The notes under the pieces are model-generated. The model was given only the letters and a program-made list of their open reading frames with translations. It did no database searches and had not been told where the DNA came from. This document shows, in pieces, positions 21,301 to 30,489 of a DNA stretch of 64,000 bases. The position numbers and the translations under genes are program-made. Within the stretch, counting starts at the first letter, position 1. Each line of letters starts with the position of its first letter. The stretch comes from Candidatus Latescibacterota bacterium (GTDB taxonomy: Bacteria; Latescibacterota; UBA2968; GCA-2709665): positions 1,632,001-1,696,000 of the forward strand of contig OZ244937.1 in NCBI GenBank assembly GCA_965222075.1, written 5' to 3'.

Positions 21301-21477
21301 CGCGGAGGCCCCCACCCTCGTGCCTTCAATCACCACGTTGGCGCCGGGCAACGGCCCTCCGGTGTTATCCAGGACCCGCCCCGTGATCTTCCCGACCGTT
21401 GCGGCCGTGGCATCGCTGACAAATATCATCGCCAGCGACAGAAAAAGAATTCCAGCAACACAGATGGTCTTTTTCAT
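18316..21477 (-). CDS. TonB-dependent receptor with N-terminal carboxypeptidase-regulatory-like domain
   Basis: GKITGRVLD..GPLPGANVVIEGT; plug motif VTGGMNAEFGNAQAGVVNIVTK; YVQDKMEF..NAGLRID; terminal F. Confidence 0.9.
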   Translation of the reverse strand: MKKTICVAGILFLSLAMIFVSDATAATVGKITGRVLDNTGGPLPGANVVIEGTRVGASADESGYYVILAVDPGLHTLTASLVGYQTETKTDVRVEVDHTTEVTFTLAEAALELEEMVVKAVSPPVEVDKTFSKYTVGADEIENLPIVRSTSEMITLQPGVHLDGSGRMRGSTSAGEWRGKVGGDVAYYVDGVKIVNSDGADSHQWQSINRSAVQEIAVVTGGMNAEFGNAQAGVVNIVTKDGGQSFRAWTEYKYHPGGQQHWGANIYDSPMHRDKMKWGDGQWENERNPATGRVVHKRSRYDEVSGHEMEGTVSGPLTDRVSFILSGSTSRIAPVYPSATERGFLTERGSFVPSTKNFQGSSSFAFRLTTEIKVKVGGLFSYNDQYMGRDNGSYRNIGGLTSRTGTIRGIDDNGKNLFLPEEWSASGKMETLHDMEYVAFTHSLSAKTFYDLRISRYRTRQDTVGSISPRTGDPSTDEQGWFVTDRQINQWGISDRRRYQLKFDLASQVTKGHFLKVGMEAIKYSVWQTRFSYESPTARRLEYTGAEAVIGNPSKPLHLAFYVQDKMEFEGMVINAGLRIDRLDPVSKFPSLTNYAFSPMYFSPLRYQNAPMKDPRVFTNVSPRFGVSHPITDKASMHYFVGLFLAYPDVYWFTSSDWRVAGEDNDWNDNGRIDSNELYNAMRPYWRESFGTSDLRPEQTVSMEVGADWNFVSNYVAAVALYYKSAKDQFHYHSDARFYAPHKPGWMAPYARMLHNNGFEEQRGLEFSLSKSFTNNFAFNLSYNLTDAQQAWGNWDAWFNFMYPDSTYIASGRYWYEFTVQNGQEVPVPLTEEQIRAIGHTANNVIRNNRNRHGRPGGKGYEQTLTADGLDMPISYAGYTDIDEFNEEHLKVWVRGYYTGLNPDGGDIRNQASLQFVYHTPPDYGPDARLLGSKVLANWRVNLIWRLQNTGGFWYTPPNAGRVRRARPVRTWTDLAVEKRFPFGGGKDVSLFMQVRNMFNQADDSSFNTTDWVNWGLQRPRPDNSEFVRYGDLGDRSFYGAPRKVEVGLRSNF

Positions 21478-21607
21478 GACTTGCTACCCCCTGTTGTGGA
21501 TATTTATTCTGAATACCTCTGATATTCGGCCCCCGACCCCCTTCACAACACTTTCATTATATAAATACACAAGGCCTCCTTTCTTGAGTTGCCCGGCATA
21601 ATCCAGC

Positions 21608-22327
21608 CTACTTTTTGCCCACATCGTAAAACTTGAATGCGATCTCAAAATCCAGCATCTGTATCGGCCAGACCTCATTGACGCCCCACAATTCATAAGG
21701 CCTGAGATTGCCGGCCAGAAAATTATGCTGAACCCGGAAATCCAGCGCGACGAAATGGGATAAAAAAAACTCCACGCCAAATCCAAAGTTGACCCCCAGC
21801 GCCGCCCGGCGGTCTTGCTGCGGCAGCAAGTGAGAGCTCAGATCGAGCGGCTCCGTTGTCTGGCCCGGGTAAATCAGGCCGCTCACATTATTCTTGTATT
21901 CGTGAAAACCTGCGCCGAGCAATACGTAAGGAGATACCCCCTGGCTGGTGAAAAGATTCTTCTTGTCTCCCAGGCGAAAGACAGTGTTGATCAGCACGCT
22001 GTTGATCCGCATATTCGCAGCGGCCCGAGGACTGGAATACTCCTTATTGTCCACATTCCACATGAACACACGATCCTCAATCTTCCCATTCTTGTATTTG
22101 ATCCGATGAAACTCGAACTCTAGAGCCAGTTTGGCATCCATAGAATAGACCAGGCTGCCACCCCACTTCGCCGCTTGATTGTACCAGCTCTGGTTCAGGC
22201 CGAACACAGGTTTGTTATAACCCAGGAAGAGCCTCCCGCCAATCCGTTTGTAATCCTGCCCGTATGAAGCCGACGCCAGCAACAACACCAGAACACCGGT
22301 AAGCGTTATACATTTCCATTGTCTCAT
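21608..22327 (-). CDS. Outer-membrane beta-barrel (OmpA-like/porin) protein
   Basis: RBS AGGAGG, signal peptide, SPYVLLGAG, GVNFGFGVEFF. Confidence 0.75.
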   Translation of the reverse strand: MRQWKCITLTGVLVLLLASASYGQDYKRIGGRLFLGYNKPVFGLNQSWYNQAAKWGGSLVYSMDAKLALEFEFHRIKYKNGKIEDRVFMWNVDNKEYSSPRAAANMRINSVLINTVFRLGDKKNLFTSQGVSPYVLLGAGFHEYKNNVSGLIYPGQTTEPLDLSSHLLPQQDRRAALGVNFGFGVEFFLSHFVALDFRVQHNFLAGNLRPYELWGVNEVWPIQMLDFEIAFKFYDVGKK

Positions 22328-22496
22328 AACATACCCTCCTTTACTCAGACAACCGTTGTGGGTTGGATCCTGCGGGGCGGAGCGGTCAATCCCCCCAGTA
22401 CCATCGTAGCCTCGCTCACCCAGAAATTTTCCGAACCACGCAGCACCTGTTACTCCTTAACCGATCACGAATGCACAAGAATCACTCATGTACCAA

Positions 22497-22524
22497 ATAA
22501 TAATATATAAATCCCCTTTGTCAA
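22497..22524 (-). promoter_or_regulatory. Putative sigma70 promoter for the OMP/TonB cluster
   Basis: TTGACA-16 nt-TATTAT on the minus strand in an AT-rich intergenic region. Confidence 0.4.
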
Positions 22525-22618
22525 GCAGAAAAACGCGATGGCACGAAAAAAATTAAGTGAGCGTTGTATAAGTTATAAGCCTATTAAAACAAGAGCTTAC
22601 GTCAAAAAATGCCCAAAA

Positions 22619-22777
22619 CTATATGGCCATAATCAATTCAGGTGCCGCGTCCAGCATGATTTCTTCAAATTCATCAAGACTGGCAGCCTCAATATGCAAG
22701 CCCTCAATGTCGCTTTGAGCATAGAAGACCTGCGCCTCATTGTCCCGGATAGCCTTCACGGTAAAAGTGCGCTTCAT
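22619..22777 (-). CDS. Small DUF1902/HicB-fold protein (52 aa; absent from ORF track)
   Basis: GGAGG RBS; MKRTFTVKAIRDNEAQVFYAQSDIEGLHIEAASLDEFEEIMLDAAPELIMAI. Confidence 0.7.
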   Translation of the reverse strand: MKRTFTVKAIRDNEAQVFYAQSDIEGLHIEAASLDEFEEIMLDAAPELIMAI

Positions 22778-22877
22778 AATGTGCTCCTCCGCTGTAAGAA
22801 GCTGTCTTAAAACCCACGTCGGGCCGCTTTGCAGGGCTGTCGAGTTCCCCTGGCGTCAGGCGATTTTCGAGGGCGAG

Positions 22878-22950
22878 ACCTGCCTGCCGAGTCGGCGCCC
22901 TCGTTCCCGGGTTCTTTGCACGCTGTCTGCAAGCAGGCAGACAGGCAGGT
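22878..22950. repeat. CCTGCCTG..CAGGCAGG palindromic element (long/nested)
   Basis: Terminal inverted repeats ACCTGCCTG / CAGGCAGGT. Confidence 0.6.
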
Positions 22951-22976
22951 CCGCTTGAGGGACCGAACCCGAAATT

Positions 22977-23861
22977 TTAAAACGGCTTCTGAGAGATCGC
23001 TTGCACACAGCGAAATCCGGTAAAGATGCTCCGGTGGTCACCCGGAAAGAACCTGAAACGGGCCGACGTCTGAAGATAGTGGGGAAGGTGGTGCCACGAA
23101 CTCCCCCTCACCACACGGAATCTACCGGTATCCGGACCGGGAGGGTTGCGCCTGGGGCTTTCCGTGTAGTAAGTCTCGTCGTACCAGTCCCTGCACCATT
23201 CCCACACGTTGCCCGCCATATCCTGGAGACCGTAAGGACTTGCCCCTGCCGGCAGGGAACCCACGGGCATGGTATGGCAATACTCGCCCGCCACCGGGCC
23301 GCTCGGCGGGTTTTCCCAGCTGCTCCTGCCGCAGTGACCGCCCAGGTCCATAACCGCACGCGCGCCCGTAGGTTCCTCTTCCCCCCACGGGTACGTCCGG
23401 CCGGCCGTCCCCCGCGCTGCCTTCTCCCACTGCGCCTCCGTCGGCAGATCCCCACCCCGCCACCTGCAGTAGGCAACGGCATCCTCCCAGGACACCCCCA
23501 CTACGGGCTGCGTCGGTCCCGAAAAAAGCGGGTTGTCCGTTTCGGCCGACTCCCGATGTCCTGCGGCCTGAACAAAGGCCCGATACTGCGCATGGGCCAC
23601 CTCATATTTGTCGATATAATAGGCATCCAGATAAACCATGTGTGCAGGCCCCTCAGGCGCAAATCCCCGGTTTGTCCCCATCAGAAACTCCCCTGCGGGG
23701 ATGGCAATCATCGTGTCTACGGTCCCCGCAGGTGTGCGGGCCAGGAAAATCTCTCCCCCCACCACCGGGTTCAGCACGGAATCCTTTTCCCCACACCCGG
23801 CGCACCAGAGGAGAAGACAGAGCACCAGACGCCATCGCGGTCGTGTTTTCAACCTGTGCAT
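22977..23861 (-). CDS. Formylglycine-generating enzyme (FGE-sulfatase/SUMF1) family lipoprotein
   Basis: Lipobox-like CAGC; IPAGEFLMG, PVVGVSWEDA, LPTEAQWEKAARG, DMAGNVWEWC, GFRC. Confidence 0.9.
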   Translation of the reverse strand: MHRLKTRPRWRLVLCLLLWCAGCGEKDSVLNPVVGGEIFLARTPAGTVDTMIAIPAGEFLMGTNRGFAPEGPAHMVYLDAYYIDKYEVAHAQYRAFVQAAGHRESAETDNPLFSGPTQPVVGVSWEDAVAYCRWRGGDLPTEAQWEKAARGTAGRTYPWGEEEPTGARAVMDLGGHCGRSSWENPPSGPVAGEYCHTMPVGSLPAGASPYGLQDMAGNVWEWCRDWYDETYYTESPRRNPPGPDTGRFRVVRGSSWHHLPHYLQTSARFRFFPGDHRSIFTGFRCVQAISQKPF

Positions 23862-23878
23862 CCCTGCTCGCTTCCCAT

Positions 23879-24487
23879 TTACCTGCTCAGAAGAGCCAGA
23901 AAATCCCTCCGGAGCTTCTCCCGGGTCCCCACAACCGTGCGCCCCCAGCTCAGCAGTGGGTCTGGCAACTCTTCCCACAGGGCCTCAGGGCCAAACAGAA
24001 AATAAATATCCCAGACCACCTCCACATCCTCGCCATACCTCCCCTGTGCTGCGAACCACCGCCCCACAACCCGCTGCTCATCCCACAGATGAATCACCCT
24101 CGAGTCCGGAATAAGGCTCTTCTTCCACTCCGACCGGGCATCGCTGGCAATCATCGGAAGCCAGACCGCGTAAACCTTCACATCTGCCGTGCTATTCTTT
24201 TCCAGAAGCTCCTCTTGCACCCAACTGGCGCCTGCCTGGCAGACCCCTCACGTAGGCGAAAGCAGCAGAATCAGGCGGGGTACACCCGCATCCTGGTTGA
24301 ACACCTCCTGGAGCTCCTCAATCCGGCCGATATCCTCCAAATCCTGAAAGGACTCATCGGATACCGGATTGTCACCGCAGGCGGCAAACATACCCACCGT
24401 CAGAAGCAGCATCAACCGCCACTCCAGGCAGACATCTCCAATCATCCACAGACAACGCCGGACGTCTCTTATCATCTCTTCCTCCAT
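23879..24487 (-). CDS. Probable selenoprotein: thioredoxin-fold lipoprotein with UxxC motif (in-frame TGA at 24248-24250)
   Basis: ORFs 24248-24487 and 23879-24220 are in the same frame; read-through gives RLILLLSPT-U-GVCQAGASWVQEE...KVYAVWLPMI; lipobox FAAC. Confidence 0.8.
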
Positions 24488-24792
24488 CGTGAAGGGGGAT
24501 CCTCAGTACGTTACAAAATCAGCATGCGGGCGGGGCGCGGAAGACGGGGCGACGACCTCACTACCAGCCAATGTGAAGGCAGGACCACCGGCGTGTCGGC
24601 CAAAGCCTCCCGAAGGACGGGTGCCAGCGAGCGGGGAAACAGGGAACGGTTAGCGTCCATTTGTCGATTGTATTAGCGGCCAATTGCCGGTTAAGAGAGC
24701 GTCCAATTGTCGAATGGCTGCAACGTGACAATCTATTGGGGAAGGGGACGCGGTGGGGATCACGTGACACGAGCGCAGTGGACTCGCTCCCG

Positions 24793-25866
24793 CTAAAACC
24801 TGAAGGTGAAGATTCTGATCGTGTGTCGACTCGGCCAGGGTCTGCTGAAGTCCAGGGCCTTGTACTGCTCGGGCACGGTGGACCAGCCTTTGTAGATGTT
24901 GCCGCCGAAGTAGAAACGCCGCGTCGTGCCGGGCTCCGTGGTCGCAGTGCCCGTCGCGAAGAGCTCGTAGGAATGCTCCGGCGGGCGTGGGCCGATTTGA
25001 TCGTCGTGAGGCACGTACTCCCTGCGACCGTCGCCGTCGACGTCCGCTCGAATCCAGTCGAGATGGAGCAGGCGATGGTAGCTGCGGTCGGCGATCAGGC
25101 CGCGCAGCTCGGCGTTGAACCGCGAGATGATCGACTCGGCGTCCGGAAGCGACCGGCGGACGGCGAGGTGAAGCGAGCGTGTGAGCAGCGGCGTCGAGCC
25201 GAACGCCAGCCGCGTTCGAGCTTCTTCTGCGTGGTTGCTGATGAGGTACTGGATGACGAGGTCGTCCATCAGCGTGTAGTCCACCTCACCGTTGAGGAGT
25301 CTTGCGACGCTGTTCTCTTCGCTGTTCGAGCCAACGAAGATCGGCCCGTCCGTCGTCTCGACTGCCTCGCCATACGCGTACCCGGCGACCAGGGCGATCC
25401 GCTTGCCGGCGAGGTCGGACAGCGAGGTCGCGGACACGTCGCTGCCCTGCCGCCCGACGAGGATCAACCGGTTCTCGAGATACGGCTGCGAGTAAATCAG
25501 CGCGCGTTCGCGCTCCGTGTCCTTCCAGAGGGCCGCGCTTCCGTCGAACTCGCCGCTCAGCAGTGAGGGCGTCAGCCTGGCCTCATCCACGATGACCGTT
25601 TCGGCGATGATCCCCATGCGTTCGAGAGCCACCTCGACCAGATCGAGGGCGAACCGCGGCTGTCCTGGCGCGTTGGTGAACGGCGACCACGCCGTCGACA
25701 CGAGCTGCATCTGCCGATCCTGCGCTGCCGCCATGATCGGTATGGCGATGATCAGGAGTAGCAGCGCTCCGGTCATCCACCGGATCCAACGAAGAAGCCG
25801 TGTTTGGCGCATGGGTCGTGAATTTTCCAGTTTCCGTGCGTCGTTCGCTGACATATTGTAAGTCAT
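24793..25866 (-). CDS. Type-2 periplasmic substrate-binding domain protein
   Basis: Signal peptide; WSPF..., ALIYSQPY, DLAGKRIALVAGYAYG, LLNGEVD; start may be about 25812. Confidence 0.8.
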   Translation of the reverse strand: MTYNMSANDARKLENSRPMRQTRLLRWIRWMTGALLLLIIAIPIMAAAQDRQMQLVSTAWSPFTNAPGQPRFALDLVEVALERMGIIAETVIVDEARLTPSLLSGEFDGSAALWKDTERERALIYSQPYLENRLILVGRQGSDVSATSLSDLAGKRIALVAGYAYGEAVETTDGPIFVGSNSEENSVARLLNGEVDYTLMDDLVIQYLISNHAEEARTRLAFGSTPLLTRSLHLAVRRSLPDAESIISRFNAELRGLIADRSYHRLLHLDWIRADVDGDGRREYVPHDDQIGPRPPEHSYELFATGTATTEPGTTRRFYFGGNIYKGWSTVPEQYKALDFSRPWPSRHTIRIFTFRF

Positions 25867-26608
25867 TCTTCACCCCTCCTGCTATTTACGCACTCTACTC
25901 CAGGCCGCACTGAAGGATTTTCATGTACGCAGGTCCGACGTCTCCACGCCGGCTGAAATCTCGCCCTCTGACCAATCTACCAGGAGTTGCCGCCCCCTGC
26001 CACCCGGCATCAAGCAGTGGTTCAGGACCTGGTTCCTGAACCTGGTTCGTCCTTTCTGCCTGCCAATGCCATCAACGTCCCTATTGCCTTTTCTGTCAGG
26101 CAGTTACGCAGAATTTCGACCTGGTGCCGACCTGGTGCCCAACTTGTGCGGTGTCCTGGTCCCGACCTGTGCGGTCGGCCTGGGAAAAGTCGTCGTTACT
26201 CACGACTCCCATAAATATACACCAGGCAAAGTGGAAAAGACAGTCAAAGATGAGGGTGGCCCTGAGCCTGGAGAGGCTGCTTCGAGCCGGTGCCGGAAGG
26301 ATGCTGCAAACCTGCCAGGACTTCGTGGTCTGCCTGCCAGCGGACGAGGCAGGCGGCGGGCATGAAATTCGTGTCTTACTCGACGAGAGCTTTGAACTCC
26401 TCGCTGGCCATGGGTTCGTGCGTGTCCCAACGGCCGCGCATCTCAATTAGAACACGCTGCTTCGACGGCGCGGGCTGCGGGTTGATACGCACCAGGTTCA
26501 CAAGGTCTTTGCACGCATCCAGATTCATCCTCACGTCTGCGGGAGCATCGGGAGCATGAGATAGGAGCGGGGACCAACCGGTTGCCTGTGAAGAACACTG
26601 ACAAGCTG

Positions 26609-26864
26609 TCTCAATATGTACACGGGGCCTTGAGGTGGCGTCATATATCGTGATATCCGGACGGCCGCCTGTCTCGACCTCAGTCTCGCTTTCGATAGAC
26701 TCGGCCTTGAATGGCTCGAATCCGGCACGTTTTGCCACCTTATCGACTAACGCCTGGCACACTCCTGGCGATGCATTAAGGATATATCGCAACGATTCTG
26801 TGGCGATGGTTTCCGGCGATGGCGCAAGCCTTCCTGCCAGGTGCGCCAGGAGACTTTTGTTCAT
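26609..26864 (-). pseudogene. Truncated duplicate of PD-(D/E)XK nuclease N-terminus
   Basis: DNA nearly identical to 32423-32678; breaks off right after VHIE. Confidence 0.8.
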
Positions 26865-26979
26865 ATTCCCTTATCTCCTACGTTGGACGACGGCCGCCTG
26901 GGGGATAGAACCACGATGGCAGTCGCCATTTGGAGCGACGCTCCGATCCCGGCGCCGTCAACGTGAACGCTCACGACGG

Positions 26980-27015
26980 GTTTCAATCCTTGTTCTGGTG
27001 GAAGTATTGCTCTGA
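26980..27015 (-). CRISPR. Solitary copy of the main array repeat
   Basis: GTTTCAATCCTTGTTCTGGTGGAAGTATTGCTCTGA. Confidence 0.9.
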
Positions 27016-28080
27016 TAAAGAATCGGCCGCCCCCGCGAAACGTCCTACTGAACCGCGTCCGCCATTCGTCGCCAATCCTCCGCTGAACCGCGTCCGCCAT
27101 TCGCGCCAATCCTCCGCAACGCGATCTACTCCTCCTCGGTTGCGGTTCGCGCGCCCAAGTGCACCCGGGCTTGATTGGGCCCAGAATTGCGCGTCCCCGA
27201 TCCGGAACGGCGACGCAATGGCCATTTCGAGGTTGCCTGCCGGCGCCAATCCAAACGACTTGCGGATTGCTCGATATACGGCCAAGCCGAGGCACACCAC
27301 GAGCCTCGGCTCCACAATCTCAATTTCCGGCACGGTGTAGGTCTCTGCTGCCTTCTCCAAATCTTCAACCGGCACGGATTTACTCATTGCTCCATACTTT
27401 ATGAATGGAAACAGGTTTGTCGTGTAGGTTTGCTCCAATCCGATTCCAAAGTGAGTGGAAAGCAGGCTCTTGAGATTCCTGTTGGTCGGCAACTTCGGAT
27501 CGTGCCCCAGCGTAACCAAATTAGAATCTACAGGTTTCTGCAAGAACTCATCCGAACACCAATCCTGGAGCACAAGCATGATATCGGCATTGAGGTTCCA
27601 GGCGGACTTCGTGTAGGGCGATACGAAATCGCACTCATAGGCGCCGGAATGATATTCGCCGATTCCCCTGTATCCGGGAAAAACGTTGTCCCGGCGGTGG
27701 CGGGCAAGCGCCGCGAGGCGTTCCCGCTTTCCGATGCGATTCGCCCGAGAGGGGCTTTGGGTCTTTTGGGGGCGGGCAAGCGCCGCGAGGCGTTCCCGCT
27801 TTCCGATGCTTTCATGCATGCCTGGGCTCCTCTGGAGATCCCTGAGCCTGAGGCCGTCTTTGGGCTTCAGTTCACTGCGGCAATGCGGACACACGGTCGC
27901 CTTTTTGCTGATTCGCTTGCGGCATTGCGGGCACGTCACGCCCGCGAAACACGCGAGGATGATGCCGATGGGGCCCAAGAGCAGGCCTCCAAAGAACCAG
28001 CCCAATCCCGATCCGCCGCGGCTGCTGCCAATGAGCACGGCGATCAGTCCGAAGGCCATCCAGAGCACGAACAGTTCCAT
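26983..28080 (-). CDS. TM + zinc-ribbon domain fused to uracil-DNA-glycosylase-like domain
   Basis: AGGAGG RBS; CPQC...CPHC; ADIMLVLQDW, TNRNL, YTTNLFPFIK, EIEIVEPRLVVCLG; stop codon lies inside the CRISPR repeat. Confidence 0.65.
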   Translation of the reverse strand: MELFVLWMAFGLIAVLIGSSRGGSGLGWFFGGLLLGPIGIILACFAGVTCPQCRKRISKKATVCPHCRSELKPKDGLRLRDLQRSPGMHESIGKRERLAALARPQKTQSPSRANRIGKRERLAALARHRRDNVFPGYRGIGEYHSGAYECDFVSPYTKSAWNLNADIMLVLQDWCSDEFLQKPVDSNLVTLGHDPKLPTNRNLKSLLSTHFGIGLEQTYTTNLFPFIKYGAMSKSVPVEDLEKAAETYTVPEIEIVEPRLVVCLGLAVYRAIRKSFGLAPAGNLEMAIASPFRIGDAQFWAQSSPGALGRANRNRGGVDRVAEDWREWRTRFSGGLATNGGRGSVGRFAGAADSLSEQYFHQNKD

Positions 28081-28505
28081 GCCGTTTCCTCCTGTGTGAT
28101 GGCGCGTCACAACCTTCCAGCCCGCACGTATCGCCAAATCGAGCCTGACGACTCAACGGCATCCCGGACGAGCAACAATTCACGCGTCGCGGCTGCCTGG
28201 CAGTGGTTTCACGTCGATGTTGGGAGACGACATGTCCAGATCGGTAACGTTGATCGTCGTCGACGCGCTGACCTTTACGGCCTGTAAGATAACACAAGCG
28301 CGTATATTCTCCGGGTTGACCTCGTCGATAAACCCTGCATATCGCCGCGCTCGCGCCGTCGATCAATGAGTTTGTGAGCAATGTTTCGATGGTGACGCAT
28401 CCGCTCATCGTGTTCGAAAAAGCGATGCGTGCCTGCGTCGTCGAGGTTGCCGCGCACATAGAAGGGTTCGCCGTCGTCGGCACCGCCTTAGAAACATGCC
28501 GAGAC

Positions 28506-28575
28506 GTTCAATCCGCTCCCCCCTGCCTGCCGTGCACAGCACGGCGCAGGCAGGCCACCGAAGTGAGGGGAGATG
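28506..28575 (-). CRISPR. Solitary second-family CRISPR-like repeat interrupted by a 33-nt palindrome
   Basis: GTTCAATCCGCTCCCC[CCTGCCTG..CAGGCAGG]CCACCGAAGTGAGGGGAGATG; same repeat at 32836. Confidence 0.65.
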
Positions 28576-28665
28576 CCCGGGTTGCCAGCGAAACGGCGTA
28601 ATTGACGGGTTTCGCAGATGTCGTCAGGCGCCCGGGGCTGAGGAGCTTGTTCATCTCACATCCCA

Positions 28666-29520
28666 TCACATGAACAGCTCGCGCAACCAGACGTTGGCTT
28701 CCGGGATACCGTCGGCGTCGAACACGAACTCCTGCCCACGGCCCACCGTGTCGACGTAAACCCACGGTTTGCGGCGTCGCCAACGTCTCCTATTGCTATG
28801 GTAGCTGAGCGTTGGACGACGACTGCCTGGGGGATAGAACCACGACGGCAACCGCCATTTACGACGACTCGTCGAGCCCGGCGCGGTCAACGTGAAACGG
28901 TCGCCGTTACCGCTGAACAGGCCGGCGCCGCTTCGCGCGGTCAGCCCCTCGAAATTGAGCGTCTCTCTCGCGATGTAGACGGTGTTGTAGCGCCACCGCC
29001 TATTCAGGTGGGGATGCGCAGACAGCCACGGACGTGCGGAGCGCGCACGAGACAGATTCTCCCCGACGGGCACGACCTCGGAAACCTGGAGCCAACCGAA
29101 CAACCTGTGCACGTCAGGAGCGTTCCGGACGTACCGCCATGTGCCCCCGTTCCCGGGTTCCACGGCACGAAACCAGCCGAAGAACAGAAAGAGGTCGCCA
29201 GGCCCAACACCCTGATTTTCCAGATGGCGTTGAGCGATCTCGACCTGCCCGAAGGCCGGCCGCCAGCCGGGCGAACGCGCAAGGGCATCGGCGTTCAGAT
29301 CCGGATCCAGATGGCACCGGTGCTTTCCCTTCACTCGACCGTTGGTCAAACACTCCACGATCGGGCCGAGAGACGTGCCACGCCACCGTACGTCCCTGAA
29401 TCGCGTCGGACTTCTGGGGTACGGAATCGGCAGAGACAGGGCAGTACCGTCCGGAAAAATGGGACTCGCCCTCCCCCCGTTGCTGGAATCGAATCCCTTG
29501 CGGCTGAAAACGATCTTCAT
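28666..29520 (-). CDS. Nucleotide-modification-associated domain 3 (Nmad3)-like protein
   Basis: MKIVFSRKGFDSSNGG..SPI, CHLDPDL, AFGQ...HL..QGV..GDLFLFFGWF, HPH, GRGQEFV. Confidence 0.8.
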   Translation of the reverse strand: MKIVFSRKGFDSSNGGRASPIFPDGTALSLPIPYPRSPTRFRDVRWRGTSLGPIVECLTNGRVKGKHRCHLDPDLNADALARSPGWRPAFGQVEIAQRHLENQGVGPGDLFLFFGWFRAVEPGNGGTWRYVRNAPDVHRLFGWLQVSEVVPVGENLSRARSARPWLSAHPHLNRRWRYNTVYIARETLNFEGLTARSGAGLFSGNGDRFTLTAPGSTSRRKWRLPSWFYPPGSRRPTLSYHSNRRRWRRRKPWVYVDTVGRGQEFVFDADGIPEANVWLRELFM

Positions 29521-29621
29521 TGCTTCTCTTCCTCCTCTTATGGTCCCGTGCGGTTACCCAAACTTACAGCAATCAGCAGAAAGTCAGCAAAGTCAACAAT
29601 ACCATTCTTGTCCAATCAAAC

Positions 29622-29687
29622 CGGTTCATCCCCACGCCTGTGGGGAGTATCTGCCGGCCGTTGTTTCAATCCTTGTTCTGGTGGAAG
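29622..29687 (-). CRISPR. Composite relic: type I-E-like repeat + short linker + 25-nt part of the main repeat
   Basis: CGGTTCATCCCCACGCCTGTGGGGAGTA then GTTTCAATCCTTGTTCTGGTGGAAG. Confidence 0.8.
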
Positions 29688-29833
29688 AATTCGTACAGAT
29701 TAAAAACCGCGCCATCTGGCAGGGGCGTATCGGGTCGACTTCGTCCAGCTCAATGTCGGTGGGAAGGAAACTCCAGAATGCACCAACGCACGGGATCTCG
29801 GGGTAGCCAGCGGGCAATTCCTCGGGCTTTCTA

Positions 29834-30379
29834 TTAGGCCGAGCGACGGAGCGCGTCCGCCAACGCCGCAAATCGGCCGGCAACCGATGAACTCGGATGC
29901 GGGCATGGCAGGAAATCAATGTCGGCACGCCGCAAGGCCGTCTGCGCCTCGCGACCCAACGCGATGACCCTCCGCCCCTCAACCTCATACCGGGTCACCG
30001 CCTCGATTGAAAGCTTCATCAATTCGCGAGGCACCTTCCGCCGCCGGTTTTCCCTCGGCAAGAAATGGCACGCCTGTGTGATGTAGATGTTCCCACGCGT
30101 GCGCTCGACATCCTCCAGGATCCGGTCAAGAGTGCTGTTGAATGGGATGTCTGGCAAGTACCCCAAACACTCAAGGATTGCACGTTCCTGATTCACGGAT
30201 TCCGCATCCAACCAATGCTTCGCCACGAGTACCGGGCCGGTCATGCTGTTCGATATTTTCTGAATGGGCGATACCCAATCGCCATCAAACCCAACGTCGG
30301 CCAATGTCACCCACTGCTCCTGGAACTGATCCGGAACCTGAAGCTCGCGACGACGTGCGATGATGTCCTCTCTCGTCAC
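29834..30379 (-). CDS. Uracil-DNA-glycosylase-superfamily-like protein
   Basis: GAGGAG RBS; IYITQACHFL, RRVIALGREA, C-terminal HPS motif. Confidence 0.65.
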   Translation of the reverse strand: MTREDIIARRRELQVPDQFQEQWVTLADVGFDGDWVSPIQKISNSMTGPVLVAKHWLDAESVNQERAILECLGYLPDIPFNSTLDRILEDVERTRGNIYITQACHFLPRENRRRKVPRELMKLSIEAVTRYEVEGRRVIALGREAQTALRRADIDFLPCPHPSSSVAGRFAALADALRRSA

Positions 30380-30489
30380 GGTTTCTCCTCCTCAATCGGC
30401 GCCAGCCGAGTCCAGCTTCCGCGATGGCGGATTCGACCGGCGGCGGACTTATGGGCAGGGCTTACGCATCTCGTGAGGCGTCGTGTTTC

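Noticed and set aside
28140-28500. Small ORFs between Nmad3 and the zinc-ribbon fusion
   Set aside because: No RBS or motif support; left uncalled.
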